Assembly: GCF_009914755.1 (NCBI RefSeq)
Contig: NC_060945.1
Direction: 5' to 3' (one strand)
DNA: 64,000 nucleotides
Source of the DNA: the human T2T-CHM13v2.0 reference genome, Homo sapiens
Shown here: positions 14,169 to 27,680 of the stretch, one piece after another
How the letters are laid out: the number at the start of each line of letters is the position of its first letter
How positions within the stretch are numbered: position 1 is the first letter of the stretch
Notes under the pieces: generated by a model
What the model saw: the letters and a program-made list of their open reading frames with translations, nothing else
Told to the model about the DNA's origin: nothing
Databases searched by the model: none
Position numbers and translations under genes: made by a program

Positions 14169-14769
14169 ACTTAGTTGAATATTGAACCAAATTTGTCTCT
14201 GGCCACCAAGCACAGCAAGCTTTCTAAAAGACTGACTTGTAACAGATTGAATTAAGAGCGTGGGAAAGGGAAGTGGAATTATCTGGGCAAGTTGGTCAAT
14301 GAGAATAGGGGTAAAGCAACACAGCCATGCTACTTTCACCTGTCACTTGGGAACAATAATTTTGGAGTGTTTACCCATAACTAAAGATGTCTGGAAAATA
14401 TAGACATGCACTTCTTTGCTTGTTTCCTGTCATGTTATATTGTAAAGCTCACTGTTTTGAGCTAAGCCATAAAAATCCTCAGCTGGGTCCAAGTGTTCCA
14501 CGACTGTTGAATTTGGTCAGGAAGCTTATTTGGTCATTGTACTCAAGGGTGATAAAAGTCCTTGAGGATTAACTCTCACATAATCAAGTTTACAGGAAAA
14601 TCAACAATAGAAAAAAGAAAACAACCATGGATAAATGAAGGATGTATATATTTGTTAGCTGATCAAAACATTTTCTTTCCAGTAGAATAGTGAATTCAGG
14701 AAATCATATTAGTGCTTATATGACCATTACAGATTATAAAATCAAAATAAATTGTATACATTAATCCTA

Positions 14770-15105
14770 ATGATTATCACCAGATAACTATCACCTGAAT
14801 TTCCAGTCAAGTGAGGAGGAATCAGGAGTCTCCAACATGGTTGGCGGGAAACTCCTTTCAAATGGACTCTGCCGTCTTGTCCCTTTTTTATCCTCATGCG
14901 AATTATCATTGCTTATGAGTAAAATAAGTCAACGGAATGCTTGGTATCGTTCAAAACAGATAAAGGTAACTAAGCAAAATATCATCACAGAAGAACAAGC
15001 TAGTTAGCAAAAGAAAGCATGCCGCTTATCAGCATAGATGTCTGTTCTTGTCCTCTTTGTTTATCGATCTGTCTGGTTTTATTTTAGCAAGTAACAGTTT
15101 ATCTA
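14770..15105. promoter_or_regulatory. GATA-site cluster, candidate enhancer
   Basis: 7 WGATAR matches, TCAAGTG (NKX2-type) at 14807, TTGGCGGGAAA (E2F) at 14841, GGAATG (TEAD-type) at 14934. Confidence 0.4.
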
Positions 15106-15259
15106 GCAAAGTTTCAAATGCAAGTAAAAAAAAACTGTGGGATTAGAGTACCTGTAATTTTGCTTCCAGACTTCACAAATATAAGAAAAAGTCCCCAAAC
15201 AACTCTACGATTTTGCAAACTTTCTATATTTTGGAAGATAGGTTTTCTGATTTTCTTTT

Positions 15260-15600
15260 ATCAGCAAAAACTAATCAAAGTTGTCTTAGGTGAGCACTAT
15301 GCTCAGTAGAGAGTGACGTGAGTGTACAAAAGACCACTTTTTACCTTAAGCAGTTTGCAATACAGCTAGGTAGAAAGCATCTTGAAATGGAGGGAAGACT
15401 AAGAATTTTAAGTCAGTTCTGAATGCTAAAAAAGTGATACAAATCAATCCTCTTCAGAACTTCAAAATAGAATTGGGCATTTTTTTTTCTACGTAGCCCA
15501 GAGCAATGAGAGAAAGATATTTGGAGGAAATGTGATTTGAGAATTGTTCTAAAAGAAAGTTAGAGACAGACAAACCAACAGAGAAAAAAACATCCCAGAG
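15260..15600 (-). mobile_element. L2 fragment (degenerate)
   Basis: purine-rich antisense L2-like text (TTGGAGGAAATGTGATTTGAG, CCTTAAGCAGTTTGCAAT). Confidence 0.4.
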
Positions 15601-16039
15601 AACTTTGTATCTCTGCTCCCAATCTCAGGACCGTGGAGACGTACTCATGGATGGAGAAAATGGACCCACAGAAGATTGCCTCAGGACATCACAGGGGTTA
15701 TCTAGAGCAAAAAAAAAAGGACTAACATTCATTGCATGTTCTCTGGTTGACTTTAATCAGTGGTTTCATGATCCAAATGAAATTACATGTCTCAATGAAT
15801 AAATATGTAGCTATAATACAAAACAATAGGGGCACTTTTGTATTTTGGGCAGGTGGGTGAGTGAAAGTATGTAGGGAAACATTATTTTCACATCTTGTAT
15901 ACATTCTCGGGAGGTACCTATCTGCCAACACCCTTTAGATCTTTTTTGATGTAGACTAAAACATTATACATTCAAAATGGGAGAGAGATGTATAAATTGT
16001 CATAAGAAGTAATGACATGTGTGAAACAGGCCTCATATT

Positions 16040-16916
16040 TTCCCACTCATCTACTCCTGAAATCCTGCTCCTTTCCAATTTCCTGTCTCAGTAAATGGTA
16101 CCAACATTCACCCACCCAGTAACTCCAGTGTAAAGGCAAGGTGTGATAGATTTCTCTTTTTTTCTGACACTCACATTCTTTCTATCCGCAAGTCTTGCCA
16201 ACTTTACTTTCAACTCTGTTCCAGTACAGTCAATTCCCCATACCCCCAGAACTACCGCTTTTTCTGAAGCCACTGTCATCTGCTACAATAGCCCTCTAAC
16301 TGATATTTCTGTTTTCATTCTTCTCCCCCTAGAGTTAATTTTGCTCACACCAGTTAAGGTGGTTTTTCAAAACTGTAAATTAGATAAAGCTTTTCTATAG
16401 TCTCTCATTAGAAGAAATTTTAACTGCTTACCCTCGACTGCTTGAGCCTACATTTTGAAGCTGCTGCGTATGTGTCTGGCTTCATTTCCTACCACTCTCC
16501 CTTGCATATCATGTCCTAAAGACACTGGCCTTGAAGATGTTCCTCTAACGTGCCTTAATCCTTCTAACCTCAGAGACTTTACACTTACTCTATCTGCCTG
16601 GGACACTCAGCCTTCATATGGGTTTCTCTTTGTTACATTCAGGCTACCACTAAAGCATCTCTTCCTCAGAAAGACGTTATCCAACCTCCCAACCATTACT
16701 TGCAACTCATTACTCTCATCTCATTATCCTCATTTGTTTAGCATCATGGTACTTGTCAATACCTGGACTCACATTATATATTTCTGTATTTGTTTGTTGT
16801 CCTTTTCCTAACATAAGTCCCATAATAGCAAAGGCATTGTCTCTTTTACTTAACCCCAGGATCTAGAAGAATTCAGGGCACAAAAGAAGTATTTGATAAG
16901 TATTTGTTGAATGAAT
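16040..16916 (+). mobile_element. L2 LINE 3' region
   Basis: CTCAGTAAATGGTACCAACATTCACCCA at the start; ends in the canonical L2 tail TATTTGTTGAATGAAT. Confidence 0.85.
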
Positions 16917-16934
16917 TTATTAAGGAAAGTGGGA

Positions 16935-17170
16935 CATAGTTTGCAAGACTTTATCTGAAGGAGTGAAAAGTTATTTTGTAGCCAGGAGGACCTGGATTAT
17001 AATCTCATTTTAGACACATGCTTTCCTTCTGGACTTGGAGAAATCACTAAACACCCCAGTTTTATCCTATAAAAAATGGAAATTACCTATAAGGCTGGTT
17101 TGCAGAGGGAATTAGAGATAATAAACATTATCAACACAATAGTTGGCCAATAGGAGATGTTTACTGATAG
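16935..17170 (+). mobile_element. MIR SINE
   Basis: GGAGGACCTGGATTATAATC...AAATCACTAAAC...CAGTTTTATCCTATAAAAAATGG core. Confidence 0.6.
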
Positions 17171-17207
17171 AATAATAATACAATAGTGAATATAAGTGTA
17201 ATAACCC

Positions 17208-17328
17208 CAGGAGGCTGAGACATGAGAATCTCTTGAACCTGGGAAGTGGAGGTTGCAGTGAGTCAAGATCGCGCCACTGCACTTCAGCTTAGGTGACAGA
17301 TCGAGACTCCATCACACACACACAAAAA
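17208..17328 (+). mobile_element. 5'-truncated Alu (3' part of right arm)
   Basis: GGAGGCTGAG...GGTTGCAGTGAG...GAGACTCCATC with a (CA)n/A tail; degenerate TSD AAG(T/A)GTAATAAC(C/T)C on both sides. Confidence 0.9.
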
Positions 17329-17899
17329 GAGTAATAACTCAGTGCCCCGAATTGTAGCCAGGATACTTCACCAAAGAAACATAAAATATAAACACCCACC
17401 CCCCAACTCTTCAACTCATTATCAGTGACTTCTATCAGACTCTTGAATATGCACCCTTGGGAAATGGAGTAAGAACCATAGCTTAAATCGTTTAAACTCA
17501 TATGGGACAAAACGATGAAAATATGCAAGAGGGAACAATCTTACATTGGAAAAGAAATCAAGCCAATGACCCAATATATCTTTTTATTATTTCTTGGGAG
17601 AACCTGTATGTTTAATTCATGGAATTCTTCACTGTTTCTATGTTGAAATACACTTATGTGAAAATTGCACTCCTATTAATAAAATAGGACTTTAAAAAGC
17701 CCAAGGATTTTAGTATCGAAATGTTTCTGTGCAATATATTAACATTCATTGACTATGTGAATCCCCACCTGTACTTCGTGTAAATTACCAAAGGTGCCCT
17801 TTCCTCTGTGCACATGACACGTGTGCCCTTGCCGGTGTAATTGGACTCATGCTTAGGGCTTAGTGAGAAGAGCCTGGGCTATATTTCAATCTCACTCAC

Positions 17900-17955
17900 C
17901 ACCCTGGCCAATCTCCCTTTCACAGGGCTCAGTCCAAACAACCATATGCAACATC
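17900..17955 (-). other. candidate 56-nt exon
   Basis: Minus strand reads TCTTTGTATTCATTATCTAACATTTACAG|GATGTTG...CAGGGTG|GTGAGT, with a branch-like CTAAC and a consensus donor. Confidence 0.3.
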
Positions 17956-18519
17956 CTGTAAATGTTAGATAATGAATACAAAGACAGAATAAGATTCCAA
18001 ATAGAGTGAACTGAAGATAGACAAACCTCAGCTATGCCTTTCTTCCATCGGAAATTTTGAACAGCATGTAGAATAAAAGAGACATGTAGTTTCTCTGACA
18101 GAAAAAGCAATTACAAGCATGTCACATTTAAATGTGGATCACTGATTATTATTGACCCAAACTCTAAAAAAGCACTATTGTCCAAGTAGCATGCTTGTCA
18201 ATATTTTAAGCCTAAAAACTAATTTGACAAAGTTGTAGTAAGCTTAGGGTAGGAAAGGGAGGAGTTCATCAGGAACTGAGTAATCCCTGCTTTTTAGAGA
18301 ATACCTTTGGTTTTAAACTTAATTCTAATGATTTTACTGAGTATCCTCTCCTCTGTTGGACATTTCGAGTTGTAGAAAAATGTATGCAAGCAGTTTTGGA
18401 CCTTATGGAAGCAACACTTAGGAGCACCATATCAGTGTATGAGTCACTGTAAAACAGAACACAGAAATACAGAAGCCATGACAACAAAGAAAGCAGGTCC
18501 AAGGAGGAAAAACCTACAT

Positions 18520-19230
18520 ATCGGCAGGTGGATCAGAAAAGTTGCATGGGAAAAGTGGACTATTGCATTGGAAGCCTGTAAAGGGCAGGACCACTCTGTC
18601 ATCTTAACTAGCTTGGTAAGCAGATCCTGGGTTTCTGTATTAAAGCTGGTCCTTTGAATGAATGAGAGCACTAATATTTTCAGCTGGAGGAAAACAACAT
18701 GAATAAAAGTAAAAATGGAAGAGTGTAGGGCCTTTTTAGGGAAAGTAGACAATCCACTTTGGCAGGAGTGCAGGGTGTCTACATGGAAAGATGGGGTGTG
18801 AGTTGAGATTGGAAAGATACGAAAGTGTTCACCTGTAGACTAGGTTCTAGGGGAGTGTGTTGTTTTTCTATTTTCCTATTGTTTTCCAGATAATATATTT
18901 CTTTTGAAGTCTTTTGACCATAATCAAGCCTATAATCTATGAAGAATGAATTGCCATATGTATGTAGAAGGTATCATTTGAGTCAAGGAGTGTGAGAATG
19001 ATATGTAAGAAGATGTTCTTATGTAATATGTAAGAGAAGCAATAAGGACTTAATGTGAGACAAAAGTGAATATAATGAAGATGAAGTTTTGGCATGACTT
19101 AGGAAGTGTTTGGGTGAAACAACAACAAAAAAGGAAGCAGAAGGGTTAAAGACAACTGACATTTTGTGCCTGAGTAAATGGAAAAATGGTGTCGAGTTAA
19201 CAGATTAGGTAAAGCTAAGAGGTTTTCCTA
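18520..19230 (-). mobile_element. L2 fragments (degenerate)
   Basis: antisense L2-like purine-rich segments, e.g. CATTTTGTGCCTGAGTAAATGGAAAAATGGTG. Confidence 0.4.
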
Positions 19231-19520
19231 GAACTCTGGAAATTTATTAAATATTTTTTCTTAACGAAAAGTGTAAACTGGCCCATAATGTAAGCAAATT
19301 TTGACTGAGATTCATGGTAGATTCTTAGCTCTTTTATAATTATTTAAGTAACATTAACTCTTGTTTATTCATTAAGCTCCAAGTCATCTTATGTAGTCAT
19401 ATATTTGTGTATATATTCCTGTCTTATCTTATGTAATGCAATCAGATTTGATTTGCAAATGTAAATGAACTCATGTATTTAATCAAGAATAAAGACATAA
19501 CACTGAATAACAGCCCTTAA

Positions 19521-19911
<391 letters not shown>

Positions 19912-20065
19912 AAAATTTTTTATTTTGAGATAATTTTAGGCTTACAGAAAAGTTACAAGATAGTGTACACAGTTTTTATATACACTTCACCTTGCTTTCC
20001 TAATGTTAACATATGATGTAACTGCAATCCAGTGAACAAAACTAAGAAATTAATGTTGGTTCTGC
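19912..20065 (-). mobile_element. old L1 (L1MC/MD-like) 3' end
   Basis: TTTTATTTTGAGATAATTTTAGGCTTACAGAAAAGTTACAAGATAG...AAAACTAAGAAATTAATGTTGGT matches the antisense L1M 3' terminus. Confidence 0.75.
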
Positions 20066-20077
20066 TAATTGACTTTA

Positions 20078-20351
<274 letters not shown>

Positions 20352-20899
20352 CTATTTTAAACTTTCAGACAATGAGAACTAACATGACGGATTGTACTCT
20401 AAATTGTTAGCTAATTACTATTAACACAACCTACCTCAAATGATCTTAGCACTCTGTAACAGTCTCCTTTTGTGCTATTTATTTTAAATTCCAACAACTT
20501 TGACCATTATAGCTGATGTAAATGTTTTAAGTAATAGATTGCAAAACAAACAAAAAGAAAGCTAAAAAATCTGAGAAAATGTATTGCTGGATGTAGAACA
20601 GCAAGTGTAGTAGAGGCTGGGGATACTATCAAGAAAATGGTAATGAAGATAGTAAAAACAGATCATTGGCAATTAGGAATTGATGCAAATTCTTTGACAT
20701 TATTAAGGGAAATAGTCATGTCCCTGGAGGCTGGAAAGAGTGGCCAACAATTCTGCAAGGAATAGGAAAGGAAATTTAGGTTTGGGGAGGACTCGTACAT
20801 TCCTCGAATAGAAAATTCTGGAGATGCTGAGTTTCCGGCCTGGCATCAACCCACTCTTGTTGGATTTCCAGCCTTATTTTACTATCCACCCTTGTTAAA

Positions 20900-21304
20900 T
20901 TCCCTCATCCACCCAATTGCTCAGGCCAGAAACCCAGATGTCATACTTGACCTCTCTTTCTGTAATTACCCCAATCTCATTGATCAACAAGTGCTGTTAC
21001 TTTTACCTCACAAATATATTTTTAAACCATCCCATTCTGTTTATCTCCATTGCTACCACCCTAGAATGCGACACTCTTCTCTCACAGCAGAACTATTGCA
21101 ATAACACCCCAAATGTTCTTCTTCAGTTTTTAATCCTTCTCTTTCTCTATCCTCTTTCCCATAGGGCAATCAGATTGATATTTTTAACTCATAGATCTGA
21201 TAATGTCATTCTTTTCTTAAAACCTTCCGAAGTCTTTTCATTGCACACAAATTGAACTTTTAAAAGAGGTGCAAATGTCCTGTATTAACTGGCTGTTGGT
21301 CATC
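20900..21304 (+). mobile_element. L2 fragment
   Basis: CATCCACCCAATTGCTCAGGCCAGAAACC...TCTCCATTGCTACCACCCTAG...ACTATTGCAATAAC. Confidence 0.8.
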
Positions 21305-21309
21305 CCTCT

Positions 21310-21685
21310 TGATACGGTTTGTCTGTGTCCCCACCCAACTCGCACCTTGAATTGTAGTTTCCATGATCCCCACGTGTTGTGGAGGGGACCAGGTGAAGAT
21401 AATTGAATCATGGGGCCAGTTCCCCCCATCCTGTTCTCCTAATAGTGAGTTGGTTTTCACGGGATCTGATGGTTTTATAAGGGGCTTCCCCTTTGGCGGG
21501 GCTCTCATTCTTCTCTCTCCTGAGCCATGTGAAGAAGAACGTGTTTGCTTCCCCTTCCGCCACGATTGTAAGTTTTCTGAGACTTCCCAGCCCTGCAGAA
21601 CTGTGAGTCAATTAAACCTCTTTCCTTTATAAATTACCCATTCTTGGGTATATCTTTATTGGCAGTGTGAGAGCAGACTAATATA
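21310..21685 (+). mobile_element. THE1 (THE1C-like) MaLR solo LTR
   Basis: TGATACGGTTTG...CTGTGAGTCAATTAAACCTCTTTCC...GACTAATATA; perfect 5-bp TSD CCTCT at 21305-21309 and 21686-21690. Confidence 0.93.
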
Positions 21686-22747
21686 CCTCTCAACTCATCA
21701 CTCCTTTTGCCTAGATGGGATCTGCTGCAGGCAAGATATTCCCGGCCTCAGAAGCTGAGGGGAGAACCTTCTGTTCTTCCCCACCTTCGGCTTGCATTCC
21801 TCCTTCAGCATCTTCTTAAGGACAGTTTCTACTGCACAGTGATCAAAGTTGCAGAGGGGTGAAGTGTGGATATCCAGGAACCCCCATTTTACTGTTACTG
21901 TCTTTACTGCACTTTCCACTATCCAGGGAGGGTAGTTTATGCCCTTTGGGTGCTTTTGGGTGCGTATCAGAGGAACCCACTGGGAACATTCGACTGTACT
22001 TCCTGTGTGTTGGGTAATAGAGTTTCCTCTCATTGTGTGTCATCCTCAGCTCACCTTTTTAGGGATCTATTCCACACAACTTTCTCCCTTATGATGTCCA
22101 GTATCCTTCCAGGTGTTCTGTTAGAGAGCTTCTTTTCATGCTTGGGAACACAAATATGGCTCACAGGCTATATTCATCTATTTTTGCACTGACGAATTCT
22201 GGGAATTTAAGCAGATTATCAACATTGTAGGAAGCTCTTCTTGAATCGAAGGCTGAAGCAGTTAGCTAATCCAAGTGTGACATTTACATTGTCCAACAGG
22301 ATTCAAAGTCAATTCCACTCTGTCTTCAAACTTCAGCTCCCCAAGTGGTCCTACTGAAATCTCTTTCATTAAAATTGAGTGGAAAGGCAGGCCCAATGCT
22401 CCCCAAAGAAATCTTCCTCAGAAAACCCTCTCACGTCTCTTCATTTCAGGCCTTATATAGTTTCAATGTGTTCACAGCCACCTACTTTGAAATTCCTACT
22501 TTGCCACTTAATACCTCCTATATAATGGTACTCCAATTAAACACTTTTAATGTAATGCACTGATATATACCCAAAATAAATAAAATCTTATATAAAGTGA
22601 CAACTTTAACTCTGATTTTAAATTAGACTTATCAAATTGAACACCAAAAGAGCATTTCAGTATGTAATTATTGGTACAGATGACCCATGTCAAAAAACTT
22701 TTAAATTAAAGCCAAAGTATCTAATGCACTTAGAAAAGTGGACCATC

Positions 22748-23181
<434 letters not shown>

Positions 23182-24309
23182 AGAAAAGTGGGCCATCAAT
23201 ATTAAGTACAAAATTCTACCCTTAAGTGTATTAAGCATTCTTTGTAGCTTTATTTTCATCTTCTACATGATTAAACATAAATTTCCAAGAAGGGGTACAT
23301 CTGTAAATTAGACTTTGAAAAGGAGCAAGATACTTGTTTCGGGAGAAGTTCAGTAAAGGGAAGCCACCGTTAAAAATGTCAACTATTGTATATCCATGGT
23401 AAGTTTGAAACATGTTGCTTTTAATCTTGTGTTCTAATAGCCAGAATTTACAGTGCTGCAACAATTTGTTTTTAAGTGGCTGGAAAAATGTAGTGAAACT
23501 TGTTATTAAGTATCTTATTTAGCAGAAACACCTTGTAATTTGTCTTAATAGTTGTGTTATTAATTTCTTATCCTGCTTGGGCCACAGCCTATTCAGAATG
23601 ATCTGAACTGCCTATCCAATCTTTAGAGCATTTAATGAATACATTTTATCTTCCCAAAAGAGATCTAAACAGTTAACTTAAAAATTTTTCTTAAAAACAT
23701 AAATTATATTATAATTGAATATTCTTGGTTGTTAAGTAGAAAATAGTATCATGTCTAATCGTAACATAAAGAAGCAGCATACATGTATGCTACTCAATTC
23801 GTTTAGTTGCTAGTATACTGAAACTACTTGAGTCAATCCTTTTCATGTATAATATGATGCCCTTAAATTTTGTGGTTGAATACTTAGACAAAACATAGAA
23901 TTAAAGGAAATAATATCATTGGTGAATTATTTTGCCGTATAAGTAGGTAAACTCAGAGGACACACCTGTTCTTGACTGAGAATGTTAGGTATATATTTGC
24001 TACCAGAATCACATACCTCAACCAATAGCCAAATTGACCTGTTAGCATTAACCTATAGGAAGGAAATGGTTTCATTTGCTCTTGAGAAAAAAATCATAAA
24101 CCAGTGTCCGAAGTATGCAAATTTTTCAGTTAAGCAAAATGAGAAGACCAGATTATTCACCAAGTAATGCCACAAGGATTGTTTATGATATTGTTAATAA
24201 TTATTGCCTAATATATTGGGTTGCAATTGATGGTCCTCAAATCTAAGGAGATTTTAAAAAATGTTATATCCCACATCTCATTTCTGAGAGATGGTGGTAC
24301 CTCGGGTGT

Positions 24310-24670
24310 CTAATGCCTTGGGAATAAGATCCTAGCCTCTCCTAATATGCTGAGTGCCTTTCTGCCTTTGGTCCCTCACACAAGCTGTTCCATCTAGTGC
24401 AGAAACCTGGTGTGTTCTGATTCCCATAACGGGGTCATTCTCATTTTAAAAACTCATTTCACACATTGCCTTCTGTTGCCTTCTGAAGACCTTTTCTCCT
24501 GGCCTTTCCTGACCATTCTGTCTATGCAAGAACTCTTTCTCTTCTTCATTCTCATTATTCTCTATCATAGCATATAATCCTCTGATCATTTAAAATAATC
24601 CATATTGCGTTTTTAGAAGCTTGAACATTGCTAAATAGATATATAGAAAATATATGTTGAATGAACAAAT
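24310..24670 (+). mobile_element. L2 3' fragment
   Basis: pyrimidine-rich L2-like body ending ATATGTTGAATGAACAAAT. Confidence 0.55.
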
Positions 24671-24718
24671 TTCCTTCAAACCTAGGATAGCATAAAGGCA
24701 ATTAAAAAATGTTAGTTC

Positions 24719-25000
24719 GGCCGGGAGCAGAGGTTCATGCCTGTAATCCCAGAACTTTGGAAGGCCAAGGTGGGTGGATCACTCGAGGCCGGGAGTTCGA
24801 GACCAGCCTGGCCAACATGGCGAAACCCTGTCTCTACAAATGTACAAAAATTAACCTGGTGCGGTGGTGGGCACCTGTAATCCCAGCTACTCGGGAGACT
24901 GAGGCATGAGAATTGCTTGGACCTGAGAGGTGGAGGTTGCCGCTAGCTGAGATTTGGCACTGGGCAACAGAGTGAGACTCTGTCTAAAAATAACAATAAT
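24719..25000 (+). mobile_element. AluS (Sx/Sz-like) with small right-arm deletion
   Basis: GGCCGGG start and dimeric structure; lacks about 15 bp around CACTGCACTCCAGCC; degenerate TSD ATGTTA(G/C)TT. Confidence 0.9.
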
Positions 25001-27394
25001 ATGTTACTTGAATGAATGATTGGATTTTAGACCAAAGGACTATTTGATGTAAAATGTTGTCAATGTCTATACTAGTTTATGAGTTACTTCAGAAATGTCT
25101 TTTGAGAGCAAGGCCTCTAATAAAACATCATATCCCCCAAAGAACAGTTGCCAATTTATTGCAAGTTTTTATAGCTTATTATATTTATCTTTCAAACCAT
25201 ATATATATAAACATATGGTTGTTATCTGACTGTCTGGAAGAAATAATGCTCTCTAGAAATATTGTCATGTTCCAACTTTCATTCAATGTTTTTTAAAGTA
25301 AAATATGCTTAGAGGGCAATAGTTTTCCATTTCTAGAACAAGTTTCACAATTATATGTATAAATTGAAGTGTATTGGCTTTTGATAGCAAAAGCTATAAT
25401 ACTACAAATGTCTAAATTGTATTTTGACATTATTAAATATAAATTGAGAAGTGTGAGGCAGTGCACTGGGCTCAAGATTTGAACTTGAGGCTTTGCTTTA
25501 AAGAACAATATAAACTAAGATAGATTTTTTTTCCTAAAATCACAGTGACATGTATTTTCTTGGATTAGTGAACAGTGTGGCTCATAGATGGGGTTTTACT
25601 TTTAGTCCAAAGCAACAATGAAAGCATATAAAGTTTTCATTGCCTATTTAGGATATATTATAAGCATATTCAGCATGGGGCTATAATTTTGTGACATAAA
25701 ATATTATTTATAAAGTCTTGACATTTAAAAATAGTTTTAAACACTTTCTTTAAAAAAAACATTAACTCAAGCTCATTACTTTTACCAAAATGTAGTATAG
25801 CTAATGGAAAAGTAATACAAAATTATGTTAATTAGATTGTTTTAAAAATCCCTTCAACATGGAAAAGTATCATGTTTTATGATTTGATATATGAAACTGA
25901 GCATCTGTGAACAAATTTAATTTTAAAAAGAAAAGTAAATCATATTTAGCCCTCTTTTTTTCAAATGTTAGAGAAAAATAAAAAAGCTGAGGAAATACAG
26001 CTAGTGATTTCTGATCTTCCTTTAGGAAATCCTGACATTCCAGAGAAACTTGGATAGACTCTGAAGGATTAACCCATTTCTGACTTTTCAGGAAGTTTAT
26101 CTTTCATTTAAAAGGATATCTGATGGGGTGGGATACAAAACTTAAAATAAAGAATATGTTAAATGCCATCTCAGGGATGCAAGTTTAACAGCGGTGGTAT
26201 TGGGCTTTAGAAACATATAAAAACAACATGACATTAACATAAAAAAATTACAAAAAAATATTAAAATGAGCATATAAGTGTTTTTTGTTTGTTTTTTTGC
26301 TTGCCTGTGTATAAACACGAAAGTGGTACATCTCTCATTTAAGTTATGGCCCATGTACTTGAAACAATTTTTTTGCTTTCTAAGTGATTGTATAATGAAT
26401 GGCCTAAGCTAACATTTACTTTAGCATTCACTCTGTCCTAGTCTATCCGTGTGTCAGCTGAGTTACTGTCAGAGGCTTGCTTGGCTTGTCTATCTCTGAC
26501 CTCTGCATTCTGAATTTGCTCTGATGAAGTTTTGTGGCCTAGAGCATGATTTCTGCAAGTCATCTGTGAGTGTGGCGCCTGCTCAGTCTAAGGACTAGAG
26601 TCTGATAGATCAGAGAGAGGCAAGAATAGACTCAGATGCCGTCAGTTTTGGAGGCCAATGAAAAGAAGGAAACAAAACTGAACAGCAGCTGTGTTGAAGG
26701 CTGTGCAAGGCCATCAGAAATTGGGTTCTTGAGGTGGATTGGAGGAGAACAGCCTCTGGATGTCTGCTGGGCAGTGACGATGTGTCTGGAGGCTTTGACA
26801 TTGGATTCATTAGGCATTGCTAATGTACACAAAAAATGTAGCAAAAATGATGCCTGTTTCTGGGTGAGAACATCTGGAGCACCATAGAAGATGTGGGAGT
26901 ACCTTCATGTCTCAGGCATTATCCATAGGCTTCGCTTGAAAAAAGTTCAGTTTACTTCTTATCACTAGAAAGAGAGTTTCACTAATAATAGTTATTATAA
27001 TAAACAGATTATTAAAAGATGACAGAGAAATGTGACATTATAAGGTTTTGCAGAAAGAATAAAATATTAAAGCAAAATTTGAAATTGTTTTTCTAAGTGG
27101 ATAAAACTTTTCCAAACTCCAAAATTTCAGGATCATATGATTTGCATTAAATGACATAGATTTTTTTTAATAAAACCACCAAATTATTTAATTTAAATTT
27201 GAATTATTCCTCATCTATGGAAGGAGCATACTGCATTTTAAATAAGGAATATATTTCAATATTATAACTCAGAGAGCTATAAATTGTGATTTTCTTGAAG
27301 ACATTCATTACATGTTGGAGAAAATCATGAGACTGTAAATTGAAATGTTTAAAACTGATGTGAAAAAGGAAAAAATCCTTATTTCTAAAATAAA

Positions 27395-27680
27395 GTGAGG
27401 GAGGAATGGGAGATGGTGAAAGTATATAAAGCGTAAGAATGAATATGTTCCGGAGATCTATTTTACAGCATGGCAACTACAACGTATTGTATTTTGTACT
27501 CAAAAAATTTTACAAGAATAGATCTTAAAAGTTCTCACCACAAAAATAAGTATGTGAGGTGATTTAATCATTGTACAATGCATTTGTATATATCAAAACA
27601 TGAGACTGTATACTATAAATGTATACCATTTTTAAATTTGTCATTCTATCTTAATAAAGCTGGGAAAAAATAAAATAAAG
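27395..27680 (+). mobile_element. L1MA/MB-type 3' end
   Basis: GAATATGTTCCGGAGATCTA...TAGATCTTAAAAGTTCTCACCACAAAAA...TTAATAAAGCTGGGAAAAAA. Confidence 0.8.

Noticed and set aside
15723-15735. AACATTCATTGC, matching the start of miR-181b
   Set aside because: Only 12 nt match and there is no hairpin context.
21580-21600. PRDM9 hotspot motif in THE1
   Set aside because: The sequence reads GACTTCCCAGCCCTG and does not match CCNCCNTNNCCNC.
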